A stretch of DNA of 64,000 nt from Paracoccaceae bacterium. Lineage in GTDB: Bacteria > Pseudomonadota > Alphaproteobacteria > Rhodobacterales > Rhodobacteraceae. Position numbers and translations under genes: made by a program. This document shows, in pieces, positions 20,192 to 28,393 of the stretch. The notes beneath the pieces were generated by a model. It worked only from the letters and a program-made list of their open reading frames with translations, searched no databases and was not told the DNA's origin. How positions within the stretch are numbered: the first letter of the stretch is position 1; every line of letters begins with the position of its first letter. Where the stretch lies: the NCBI GenBank assembly GCA_947504705.1, contig CANNIA010000002.1, forward strand, positions 49,867 to 113,866, written 5' to 3'.

Positions 20192-21433
20192 ATGATGCTT
20201 AGGGAAACAACCGATATCGCCGTCATCGGCGCGGGCGTGGTGGGACTGACCATCGCGCTGGAGCTGGTCGAGGCCGGCCGCGAGGTCGTTCTGGTTGACC
20301 CCGGTCAACCGGGCATGGGCGCAAGCTTTGGCAATGCCGGGACCATCGCAGGCTATGCGACAAGCCCGGTCGGCACGCCGGATGTGCTTTGGTCGCTGCC
20401 GTCACTTTTGTTCAGCAAGACCTCGCCACTGGCGATCAAGGCTCGGGCGTTGCCAAGCCTGACGCCGTGGCTGCTGCGGTTCCTGCGCCAGTCACTGCCC
20501 GGCCCTGCTGCCCGGAACGGAAGGGCGATCGCGGCCCTTCTGGGCGATGCTGCTGAGCGGTGGGACGGGCTTGCCGAACGGATCCAAGGTGCCGAGATCC
20601 TGCAGCGGCGCGGTTGTCTTTATCTTTATGAGACGGCCATGGCCTTTCAGGCTGCCGGGGCCGAACTGGCTGGTCGCCGCGCGCTTGGGGTTCAGGTTGA
20701 TCTGATTGATCCCGACAGGCTGGCGGAACTGGAGCCTGGGCTGCCCGCGGGCATGGGTGGGGCGGCGCATTTCACCGAGGCGACTTTCCTTGACGATCCG
20801 GGCCGAATGATGGGCCTGATTGCCAAAGCGGTGCTTGGCCGGGCGCGGCTGGTAACGGCACGGGCGGAAAAGCTGACGCGCGGTCCGGATGGGGTCGTGA
20901 TCGAAGGGCCGGGCCTACACCTGCACGCGCGCAAGGTCGTGATCGCGGCCGGGGCGCATTCACGCGACTTGGCGCGGCAGGCGGGCGACCGGATCCCGCT
21001 GGACACCGAGCGCGGCTATCACGTCGAATGGGACATGGCCAAGCCGCTGCTGTCGCGCCCCACCTGCCCGACCTCACGCGGGTTCTATTTCTGCCCGATG
21101 GCCGGGCGGTTGCGGGTGGCGGGCACGGTGGAACTGGGCGGGTTGACCCTGCCGCCTTCGCCGCATCGAGTGCGCAAGCTGATCGAGGGCGCACGGGCGT
21201 TCTTCCCCGAACTTGGGGAGCCTGATCGCGAATGGATGGGGTTCCGCCCCAGCCTGCCCGACAGTCTGCCGATTATCGGACCCTCAGCTTGCGGCGGCGA
21301 GGTGATCCATGCGTTCGGGCACGGACATCTGGGGGTGACGATGGCGCCGATCACGGCGCAAATCGTGGCCGACCTGATTGCGGGCAAGACCCCGCCCTTG
21401 GACCTATCCAGCTATCGTCCATCACGGTTCTGA
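20192..21433 (+). CDS. FAD-dependent oxidoreductase (DAO family, PuuB/DadA-like)
   Basis: The N-terminus carries the dinucleotide-binding motif IAVIGAGVVGLTIALEL; about 413 aa. Confidence 0.85.
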   Translation: MMLRETTDIAVIGAGVVGLTIALELVEAGREVVLVDPGQPGMGASFGNAGTIAGYATSPVGTPDVLWSLPSLLFSKTSPLAIKARALPSLTPWLLRFLRQSLPGPAARNGRAIAALLGDAAERWDGLAERIQGAEILQRRGCLYLYETAMAFQAAGAELAGRRALGVQVDLIDPDRLAELEPGLPAGMGGAAHFTEATFLDDPGRMMGLIAKAVLGRARLVTARAEKLTRGPDGVVIEGPGLHLHARKVVIAAGAHSRDLARQAGDRIPLDTERGYHVEWDMAKPLLSRPTCPTSRGFYFCPMAGRLRVAGTVELGGLTLPPSPHRVRKLIEGARAFFPELGEPDREWMGFRPSLPDSLPIIGPSACGGEVIHAFGHGHLGVTMAPITAQIVADLIAGKTPPLDLSSYRPSRF

Positions 21434-21440
21434 AAAGAAA

Positions 21441-21473
21441 AGGACCCGGCAACACCTTGGTGTCGCCGGGTCC
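21441..21473 (-). terminator. rho-independent terminator for small gene A (bidirectional hairpin; 10-bp perfect stem AGGACCCGGC/GCCGGGTCCT, U-tract on the minus strand)
   Basis: Inverted repeat read directly. The minus-strand transcript continues into UUUCUUUUC. Confidence 0.6.
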
Positions 21474-21499
21474 TGTCCCGCAAGAGCGAGCAGAAGTAA

Positions 21500-21721
21500 T
21501 TATGGGTTATTGTTGTTGTTGTTGTCGCTGCCGCAAAGTGCTGCGCACAGGACAACGCCGATGATGATGATCGGGAGGATCCCCATCGACGAGCCAGCTG
21601 CTTCCGGAACGACTTCGGTGGTGTCGTCGATGACAGGGCCGCCAGCGAAAGCGGTCGAGGAAAGCACCAGCGATGCCGCCAGCGTCGTAGCAAGAAGTTT
21701 CTTCATGGTTTGTCCCTTCAA
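21500..21721 (-). CDS. small signal-peptide / C-terminal TM-anchored protein, paralog A (73 aa, poly-Asn tail)
   Basis: MKKLLATTLAASLVLSSTAFAGGPVIDDTTEVVPEAAGSSMGILPIIIIGVVLCAALCGSDNNNNNNP. Good RBS (AAGGGA). Has its own terminator. Confidence 0.7.
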   Translation of the reverse strand: MKGQTMKKLLATTLAASLVLSSTAFAGGPVIDDTTEVVPEAAGSSMGILPIIIIGVVLCAALCGSDNNNNNNP

Positions 21722-21920
21722 TGTTCCGGCACCGACTCGCGCCGTCGCTGAACAGGTTATTGGGGCTGTGAAAATGCATCAATCTCCAAGTCGCGGAATC
21801 CCGCAGATGCTTGGCAAGCGTTGCCGAACTGCCACAGTTTTCTTGACAATTTGGTTGAAAACAAAGCGACCGGCCTGGGTTTCCCTAGGCCGGCCCTTGC
21901 TTGATGCTCAGAGATCCAGA

Positions 21921-22130
21921 TTACTCGGGGACTTTGTTGTCATTGCTGCCGCAAAGCGCTGCACAAAGGGCGACGCCGATGATGATGATCGGCAGGATGC
22001 CCATGCTTGAAGCTGGCTTGTCCGCGACGACTTCGACTGCATCATCCACGACGACCGGGCCACCGGCAAAGGCAACCTGCGAGGAAAACAAGAAGGCTGC
22101 TGCGACAACTGGTGTCAAAAATTTGGTCAT
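21921..22130 (-). CDS. small signal-peptide / C-terminal TM-anchored protein, paralog B (69 aa)
   Basis: MTKFLTPVVAAAFLFSSQVAFAGGPVVVDDAVEVVADKPASSMGILPIIIIGVALCAALCGSNDNKVPE is about 60% identical to paralog A. RBS AGGGGGAAG. A downstream hairpin plus U-tract is at about 21855-21900. Confidence 0.7.
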   Translation of the reverse strand: MTKFLTPVVAAAFLFSSQVAFAGGPVVVDDAVEVVADKPASSMGILPIIIIGVALCAALCGSNDNKVPE

Positions 22131-22316
22131 TTCTTCCCCCTAAAGAAGTGCCCCCGGCGTTTTGGCTTCGCGAGCCAGGGATGCAAGCTTTCCCGACCGG
22201 TTCACATTAGCTGCGGAAGAAGGCTAGCCAGCAAGCTTGGATCCCGCAACGCTCAAGCCAAACTTGAGCCCATTCGAACCCCGCATTGTGGCTTTCATGA
22301 TACAGTTTCCGCTGAC

Positions 22317-22574
22317 CTAACCGCCCAGCGATTGGATAGCGCTGCGGTTCGGACAGAAATCCGGGATGGCCTGCGCCACGCCTGATGCGGCCAGCCAAGA
22401 CTCGCAATCCGCCCGGTGCCCACAGGCTGCGCAACGAGCGATCAGCGCCTCAAGTTCGGCCCGGTGCAGCCAGCCTTCGACAATGGCCTGCGGCAGGTTA
22501 ACGCCGCTGATCCGCGCCATGCCGCGCGTCAGCCACCAAGCCTTTGGATCTTCGGGATAGCCAAGCATCAACAC
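22317..22574 (-). CDS. hypothetical small Cys-containing protein (DUF6455-like)
   Basis: ORF 22317..22574: MLMLGYPEDPKAWWLTRGMARISGVNLPQAIVEGWLHRAELEALIARCAACGHRADCESW... Confidence 0.45.
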   Translation of the reverse strand: MLMLGYPEDPKAWWLTRGMARISGVNLPQAIVEGWLHRAELEALIARCAACGHRADCESWLAASGVAQAIPDFCPNRSAIQSLGG

Positions 22575-22696
22575 AACCCCGGTTCTGAGGCCATTTCGAC
22601 CATCAGAACCAAGGATGCCGCCTGTCTAGGCTGGTCACATTGACCCAGATCAAGCGGCTGCCCCTTGCCGTGTCGGGGCAGCCTTAGAAGCAAAAC

Positions 22697-23071
22697 TCAG
22701 GCGCGGCGAACGAGGTTCACCAGCCAGCAGAGAATGCTCAGGAACACCGCAGCTTCGGCCACCGGCAGGATCGGCGCCGGGAGCCCGGGAACCGCGTGGC
22801 CCGACATCAAAAGATAAAGCCCGACCAAAAGGACAAGCGCTCCAATCTGGTGCAGCCAGAACTGCGCCTTGGCCAGCGGGCTTTCCGCCATTTGCGGCAT
22901 CACCCGGTAGGCCAGACCAAAGATGGTCATCAGCGTAAAGCCAAGCAGGTTGATATGGGCATGAACCGGAGCCAAGGAATGATCCTCGCTGCCACCCATA
23001 TACATTCCCAGAAGGACGCCCACCAAAAGGTAGACCGCCCCCATCACCAGATAATTCTTTGAAATCGACAT
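22697..23071 (-). CDS. hypothetical four-TM membrane protein
   Basis: ORF 22697..23071 has four hydrophobic helices and a His-rich loop (VHAHINLLGF). Confidence 0.5.
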   Translation of the reverse strand: MSISKNYLVMGAVYLLVGVLLGMYMGGSEDHSLAPVHAHINLLGFTLMTIFGLAYRVMPQMAESPLAKAQFWLHQIGALVLLVGLYLLMSGHAVPGLPAPILPVAEAAVFLSILCWLVNLVRRA

Positions 23072-23171
23072 GTCAGTCCCTCTGCTGATCCGGACTCGCC
23101 GGTCCGTTCGGCGGAAATTAGCAGGTCATGCGAAGGCGTCCACAGGAATTGATCGACAGATCGCCATATCT

Positions 23172-23534
23172 TCAGACCAGACCCCGCAGGGCAGCCAGCA
23201 CCGCGCGGGTGCAAGTGACGATATGGGCGAAACGGTCGCCGCCAAGATGCACCCCGCCATACCAGCGGGTGACGACGACGATGTGATCGACCAGCGCCTC
23301 CCGCTCCAGCATCTTCAGGATCACCGCCCCTGCCCCTGCTTCGCCGTCATCGCCTTTCAGCGGGCCGCCTTCGGCCAGGATCGCCGCCCAGGAATGATGC
23401 GTGGCACGGTCGAACTTCCGGCGGCGGCGCAGTTCGGCCAGAAACGCGTTGATCTCTTGCCGCGAGACCACCCTGCCCGCCGAGCCCGCATAGCGGGAAC
23501 CCCGGTCTCGCAGCACATCCTCAAGCACCAGCAC
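23172..23534 (-). CDS. IMPACT/YigZ family N-terminal domain protein
   Basis: MLVLEDVLRDRGSRYAGSAGRVVSRQEINAFLAELRRR... resembles the UPF0029 N-terminal domain. Confidence 0.55.
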   Translation of the reverse strand: MLVLEDVLRDRGSRYAGSAGRVVSRQEINAFLAELRRRRKFDRATHHSWAAILAEGGPLKGDDGEAGAGAVILKMLEREALVDHIVVVTRWYGGVHLGGDRFAHIVTCTRAVLAALRGLV

Positions 23535-23539
23535 GGGCG

Positions 23540-24274
23540 TTACTGCTGCGCTGCGATCAGCCGATTGACGGTCGCCTTGACCACGGCCTTGCGCTTGGCA
23601 TTGCCGGGATGCGTGCTGCGAAAACCGTTGCCGGGTTCGGGTAGCCGGTCAAAGAATTCCGAGCCGTGGATCGGGTCATACCCAGCGCGGAAGGCAATTT
23701 CGGCCCCAAGCGCATCGGCCTCAAGCTCAAAATCCTGCGAAAAGGTCAGGATCGACGCCATCGCAGCCCGATCCTCGGCCGCTTTCACCGCCTCTTTCGA
23801 CTTGCCGTCGGCCTTGGCCTGCACGCCTGCGACAAGCGCCCCGGCAAGCACCCGGTCATGCTGTTTCGCAATATGGCCCAGGATGTGATGCGCGGCCTCA
23901 TGGCCAAGGACAAAGGCCAGTTCATCGGCGTTCCGTGCCTGGGCAATCAGCGACAGGGTAAAGCCGATGACCGGACGGCCGTAAGCATCCAGCGTCTGGA
24001 AGGCGTTCGGGGGCTGGCCGGGGCGGTCGTCGATCACGATCCGGATATTGCAGCTTTGCGCCGCCCTGTGTTCGCGGCACATCTTTTCGGCGATAGGTTC
24101 GACTGTCGCCACGACCGACAGGAAGGTTTGCGCGGCGGTGCCTCCGGCTTCGGCTGCGGCAGAGGCGGGTCGCGCCACCCCTTCCGGCCCGCCCGGCTTG
24201 ATTGGCGGTAGCGGTGTGGAGGGGGTGCAGGCCCAAAGCAGAAGACAAAGGGGAATCAGTTTGGCAAAGCGCAT
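23540..24274 (-). CDS. M48 family metallopeptidase (lipoprotein)
   Basis: HExxH motif (HEAAHHILGH) is present. The N-terminus has a lipobox-like LLWAC sequence. Confidence 0.75.
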   Translation of the reverse strand: MRFAKLIPLCLLLWACTPSTPLPPIKPGGPEGVARPASAAAEAGGTAAQTFLSVVATVEPIAEKMCREHRAAQSCNIRIVIDDRPGQPPNAFQTLDAYGRPVIGFTLSLIAQARNADELAFVLGHEAAHHILGHIAKQHDRVLAGALVAGVQAKADGKSKEAVKAAEDRAAMASILTFSQDFELEADALGAEIAFRAGYDPIHGSEFFDRLPEPGNGFRSTHPGNAKRKAVVKATVNRLIAAQQ

Positions 24275-24395
24275 CGGACCCTCGGAATGATTGTCCGTAA
24301 CCTATCAATTCGCCCGCAAGACGAAAGACACCTTGCGCAGAGGTTGCTATTTTCCCAGCGTTGCCAAGGGTCGGGGTCGGGCGTAGGCTTTGCCC

Positions 24396-24635
24396 ATGTT
24401 TACCATCGAGCATGAATTCGACTCGACCGTCATCACCCTTGTCGATGAGGGTGCCGACCTGCCCTTGCAAGAGGACGTGATCCTGAATGCCTTCGAGGAT
24501 TGCGTAACGCTGGACCAGTTTGATCCCCGCACGGATGAGGTGGTGCAGATCACCCTGTCGATGGGACAGGTTCGCGATCTGGCAGCGGCACTGAACCTGC
24601 CCGAAGGCAGCTACCGGATCGAGAAAAAGGCCTAG
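24396..24635 (+). CDS. hypothetical small acidic protein (79 aa)
   Basis: ATG at 24396 lies inside track ORF 24390..24635 (TTG start): MFTIEHEFDSTVITLVDEGADLPLQEDVILNAFEDCV... Confidence 0.4.
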   Translation: MFTIEHEFDSTVITLVDEGADLPLQEDVILNAFEDCVTLDQFDPRTDEVVQITLSMGQVRDLAAALNLPEGSYRIEKKA

Positions 24636-24641
24636 AGCGGT

Positions 24642-24896
24642 TCAATCCAGCCGGAAGGTCTTGTCCCGCGACTTGGTCCCGCGCAGAAGCATCAGCCGGG
24701 TCTTGGCAACACCCAGCGCCTTGGCCAGCAGGGCCTGCGCCGCCTCGGTCGCGCGGCCTGCCTCGGGCGTTTCGGTGACGGTGATGCGAATCTGTCCGTC
24801 GACGAGATCAATCCCATTCGCGCGCGCATTCGGGGTGACGCGAACCGCAAGGATCGCGCCGGGCTGAGCAAGATGCGACAGGTCAATCACGGCCAC
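24642..24896 (-). CDS. DUF167 (YggU) family protein
   Basis: MAVIDLSHLAQPGAILAVRVTPNARANGIDLVDGQIRITVTETPEAGRATEAAQALLAKALGVAKTRL... Confidence 0.6.
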   Translation of the reverse strand: MAVIDLSHLAQPGAILAVRVTPNARANGIDLVDGQIRITVTETPEAGRATEAAQALLAKALGVAKTRLMLLRGTKSRDKTFRLD

Positions 24897-24908
24897 AGGC
24901 GCCCCCGA

Positions 24909-25487
24909 TCAGGCATCACCCCAGGTCAGAAGCCGACCAAGGTCGGGGCGCGGCCGGTCAGTGGCATCGGCGGGAGGGGTCGCGATATGGACGATCCCGG
25001 CCACGGTTTCGTCGCCGGTGCAGCCAAAGGCCCGTGCAGCAAAGACCGGGTCATGCGCAGGCCAGCCGGTCAGCCAGCAGGCCCCCCAGCCCGCCGCCTC
25101 GGCCGTGTTCACGATGCCTAAGCACAGCGCCGCCGCCGACATCAACTGCTCAACGGCCGGGATTTTCGGCGCAGGCTTGGGCGAGGCGATGACAACCACG
25201 GCAAGCTTGCCAAGGTCATATTGGCCGCGCCCCTTGGCGATCATTTCTGCGTCGCCCGCCAGTTCGATCGCCCGCGCCTCGGCCAAATCGGCCAGCCGGG
25301 CAAAGCCAACGCCTTGCACGACGATCAGCCGCCAGGGTTCCAGCTTGCCATGGTCGGGCACGCGAATTGCCGCTGTCAGGATCTCGGTCAGCTCGGCCCG
25401 GTCCGGAACTGGTAAGCTGAAAAGCTTAGCCGGGCGCGAACGGCGGGATTTCAAAAAGTCTAAGGCAGCTTGGTTTCGGGCAGGCAT
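24909..25487 (-). CDS. nitroreductase family protein
   Basis: ORF 24909..25487 has a nitroreductase-fold N-terminus (LKSRRSRPAKLFSLPVPDRAELTEILTAA). Confidence 0.7.
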   Translation of the reverse strand: MPARNQAALDFLKSRRSRPAKLFSLPVPDRAELTEILTAAIRVPDHGKLEPWRLIVVQGVGFARLADLAEARAIELAGDAEMIAKGRGQYDLGKLAVVVIASPKPAPKIPAVEQLMSAAALCLGIVNTAEAAGWGACWLTGWPAHDPVFAARAFGCTGDETVAGIVHIATPPADATDRPRPDLGRLLTWGDA

Positions 25488-25611
25488 GGCGATCCTTGGG
25501 TTCTGAAAGCGGTCAATCTAGGCATTCCCTGCGGCAGGGACCATCCGCCAGGACAAGAAATCCTGCACGTTTTGCGAACATCGCCTGCGCAGAAATTCGG
25601 GGCAACAAAGG

Positions 25612-26715
25612 CTAAAGCCCAAGCGCAGTTGCGGCCTCATTGATCCAGCCTTCGACGAAAGCCTCGAACCTTGCGTCGGGTTGCCGTTTTGCCAGCGTCA
25701 CGGCCATCGGGTCAGGCGCGGTGATTGTTGACCCCGACAGCTCCTCCAGCACGGCATGACCACAGAAGGGGACGTAGACCTCGGAATAGCCGCCTTCATG
25801 CACCAGTAAAAGCCGCCCGCCGCACAACCGGTCCGCCGCGCCCATCATCGCGCGCGTCATCAGGCGGAAGGTTTCATCGGTGCACAGCATGCGGCCCAAG
25901 GGATCAACCGCCGCCGCATCATAGCCACAGGCGACGATGATCGCGTCCGGGCGGAACCGGTCCAGCGCGGGCAAAACCACCCGCTCCATCGCGTGAAGAT
26001 AGGAATTGTGCCCCGTACCGGGGGGAAGCGGCAGGTTCAGGTTGAAGCCTTGCCCTGCCCCGCCGCCGCGCGCCTCGATGCCACCGGTATCAAGGGGATA
26101 GTTGCGGTCCTGATGCAGGCTGATTGCCAGCACATCCGGGTCTTCCCAGAAGATCGCCTCGGTCCCGTTGCCGTGGTGGACATCCCAGTCAACCACCGCA
26201 ACACGCCGGACCAGACCGTCGGCCTGTGCGGCCCGGATCGCCACGGCGGTGTTGTTCAAAAGACAAAAGCCATTCGGAAAATCCGCCGTGCAGTGATGCC
26301 CCGGCGGGCGGGAAAGGGCATAGGCGTTCCGCGCCTCGCCCTTCAGCACCGCGCGCAGGGCCCCAACGGCAAGCCCTGCCGAAAGGGCTGCAATCTCATA
26401 CCCGCCCTTGCCGAAGGGCGTGCGCAGGCCAAGCTCACCGCCGCCCGCATCCGACATGGCCTTGAAGGCCGACAGATAGCTTTCGGGGTGCACCCGGCGC
26501 AGGTCAACCACGCTTGCAGGCTCGGCCCCGCGCATAGCAAGGTCGCGGGTCAGACCGGTGACCTCGATCAGATTGCGCAGCCGCCGCTTGGTTTCAGGGT
26601 TTTCCGGCAAGCCACCGGGGATCGGCTGCACCAGTTCGCCCGCGGGCAGAGTAAAGGCATAATTGCCCCCGGCGTGCCAAAAGCAGCGTTCGTCGGAAAA
26701 GAAGGCGGTGGTCAT
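25612..26715 (-). CDS. histone deacetylase family protein (acetoin utilization AcuC / acetylpolyamine amidohydrolase-like)
   Basis: Motifs VDWDVHHGNGTE and EGGY are present. Confidence 0.85.
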   Translation of the reverse strand: MTTAFFSDERCFWHAGGNYAFTLPAGELVQPIPGGLPENPETKRRLRNLIEVTGLTRDLAMRGAEPASVVDLRRVHPESYLSAFKAMSDAGGGELGLRTPFGKGGYEIAALSAGLAVGALRAVLKGEARNAYALSRPPGHHCTADFPNGFCLLNNTAVAIRAAQADGLVRRVAVVDWDVHHGNGTEAIFWEDPDVLAISLHQDRNYPLDTGGIEARGGGAGQGFNLNLPLPPGTGHNSYLHAMERVVLPALDRFRPDAIIVACGYDAAAVDPLGRMLCTDETFRLMTRAMMGAADRLCGGRLLLVHEGGYSEVYVPFCGHAVLEELSGSTITAPDPMAVTLAKRQPDARFEAFVEGWINEAATALGL

Positions 26716-26738
26716 GCGGGCTCCGGCTTTTCGGCAAG

Positions 26739-26833
26739 CCTAGAGCGGTTCAGGTCTTCATGGAATGATCTAGGATCAGAATTCGAACACTCTTGGTTTG
26801 AATTCCGATTCCGCCGAGACCTGAACTGCTTTT
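26739..26833. repeat. about 95-bp imperfect palindromic intergenic repeat, copy A
   Basis: About 85% identical to 43119..43214. Outer arms AGAGCGGTTCAGGTC / GACCTGAACTGCTTT enclose an inner 10-bp palindrome GAATTCGAAC...GTTTGAATTC. Confidence 0.8.
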
Positions 26834-26860
26834 GGGAATACGCCCGGCCTTGGCCAGACG

Positions 26861-27130
26861 TCAGGGATGCATCCGACCGAACCAGTCCAGATCCGCGATT
26901 GTGATCCAGCCTGACAGGATCACAGCCACGATCACAGCCCAGATTGGGGTCGCGATCAGGGTGGTGACCCAGGCCTTGCGCCGCATCACATCCCCCGCCG
27001 GGGCGCCGGGCGGGGTGCCGGGTTCGATATGGTTGGCTTCGTCTTGCGACTGGGTGCGGTAAGGCAGGACGCAGAACAGGGTCAGGAACCAGAGTGTTGC
27101 GTAAAGCACGATGAAACCGGTGATGCTCAT
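26861..27130 (-). CDS. DUF1467 family membrane protein
   Basis: MSITGFIVLYATLWFLTLFCVLPYRTQSQDEANHIEPGTPPGAPAGDV... Its start overlaps the mce stop (ATGA). Confidence 0.6.
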   Translation of the reverse strand: MSITGFIVLYATLWFLTLFCVLPYRTQSQDEANHIEPGTPPGAPAGDVMRRKAWVTTLIATPIWAVIVAVILSGWITIADLDWFGRMHP

Positions 27131-27531
27131 GCCTGTTCAAGCTCCACCAGACAGCCGTTGAAATCCTTTGGGTGCAGGAACAGGACCGGCTTGCCATGCG
27201 CGCCGATCTTTGGTTCGCCCGAGCCCAGCACCCGCGCGCCAGACGCTTTCAGATGGTCGCGGGCGGCAAGGATGTCATCGACCTCGTAGCAGATGTGGTG
27301 AATGCCGCCCGAGGGGTTTTTTTCCAGAAAGCCCAGGATAGGTGAGTTTTCCCCCAGCGGATGCAGAAGCTCGATCTTGGTGTTGGGAAGTTCAATGAAG
27401 ACCACCGTCACCCCGTGGTCGGGCTCCGGCTGGGCCGGACCGACCTTGGCGCCCAAAGTGTTGCGGTACTGGTCCGCAGCGGCCGTCAGGTCCGGCACGG
27501 CAATGGCGACATGGTTCAGGCGTCCGATCAT
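27127..27531 (-). CDS. mce: methylmalonyl-CoA epimerase (VOC family)
   Basis: MIGRLNHVAIAVPDLTAAADQYRNTLGA...GIHHICYEVDDILAARDHL has the VOC fold and is of Mce size. Confidence 0.75.
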   Translation of the reverse strand: MIGRLNHVAIAVPDLTAAADQYRNTLGAKVGPAQPEPDHGVTVVFIELPNTKIELLHPLGENSPILGFLEKNPSGGIHHICYEVDDILAARDHLKASGARVLGSGEPKIGAHGKPVLFLHPKDFNGCLVELEQA

Positions 27532-27669
27532 GGGATCCTCGCAACACGGGATAGGGGGCTTATGCGGTCAGGGCCGGGTCTGTGCAAGCCGCCAGCACGT
27601 CGCAGGGCCGTTAACCGGGGCTTTACGGCTGGCAACGACACTGGGGCCACGGTCAAGAGAGGTTCACCG

Positions 27670-28350
27670 ATGCCCTTCCCGCCCGATCCACTCTTGCCGC
27701 TTTCGCCCCCCCGCTCGGCCACAGCCTTGCCGCTTCGGGGCCTGACGCTTCTGGTCGTCGATGACAGCCGCTTTGCCTGCGACGCGCTGCGCCTGATCCT
27801 GCAGCGCGCCGGGGCAAGGATGCGGCGGGCGGAAAGCCTTGAAATCGCACGGTTGCATGTTGGCTGCTACCGCCCCGACCTTGCGATTGTCGACCTTGGC
27901 CTGCCCGATGGCCGGGGTGAGGATCTGATTGCCAACCTTGCCGCGCAAGGACTGCCGGTGCTTGGCCTGTCAGGCGATCCCGATGGCCGGGACCGGGCAC
28001 TTGAGGCCGGAGCGATGGCTTTCCTTGAAAAGCCGGTGGGGTCGGTCGCCAGTCTGGTCCGGTTGATTCGTCAAATTGTGGCCGGGGCGGGGCCAGAAGC
28101 ATCTGGCGAAGACACACCCGCCCCCCAAGCCGACCCCGGTGCCCTGCGCGACGATCTGCGGCTGGCGGTCGACTTGGTGCAGACCAAGGGCGACCCGGCC
28201 TATGCGCTGTCGTTCCTGCATGGCCTTGCCCGCGCCTCACGTGATCCGGCGCTGGAAATTGCAGCAGGCGGGGCGAGGACACCCTTCGATCGGGCAAGGC
28301 TGGCGCAGATGATCGAAGATCGGCTTTCGGTGCTGCAGGGGATCGGCTGA
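27670..28350 (+). CDS. response regulator (N-terminal REC domain, uncharacterised C-terminal domain)
   Basis: ATG at 27670 inside ORF 27361..28350: LLVVDDSRFACDALRLILQRAGA...DLAIVDLGLPDGRGEDLIANL. No cognate kinase is adjacent. Confidence 0.75.
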   Translation: MPFPPDPLLPLSPPRSATALPLRGLTLLVVDDSRFACDALRLILQRAGARMRRAESLEIARLHVGCYRPDLAIVDLGLPDGRGEDLIANLAAQGLPVLGLSGDPDGRDRALEAGAMAFLEKPVGSVASLVRLIRQIVAGAGPEASGEDTPAPQADPGALRDDLRLAVDLVQTKGDPAYALSFLHGLARASRDPALEIAAGGARTPFDRARLAQMIEDRLSVLQGIG

Positions 28351-28393
28351 CGGATTCGGCAAGATGCACGCGTTTACCGTGTCCGCCGGGGAC

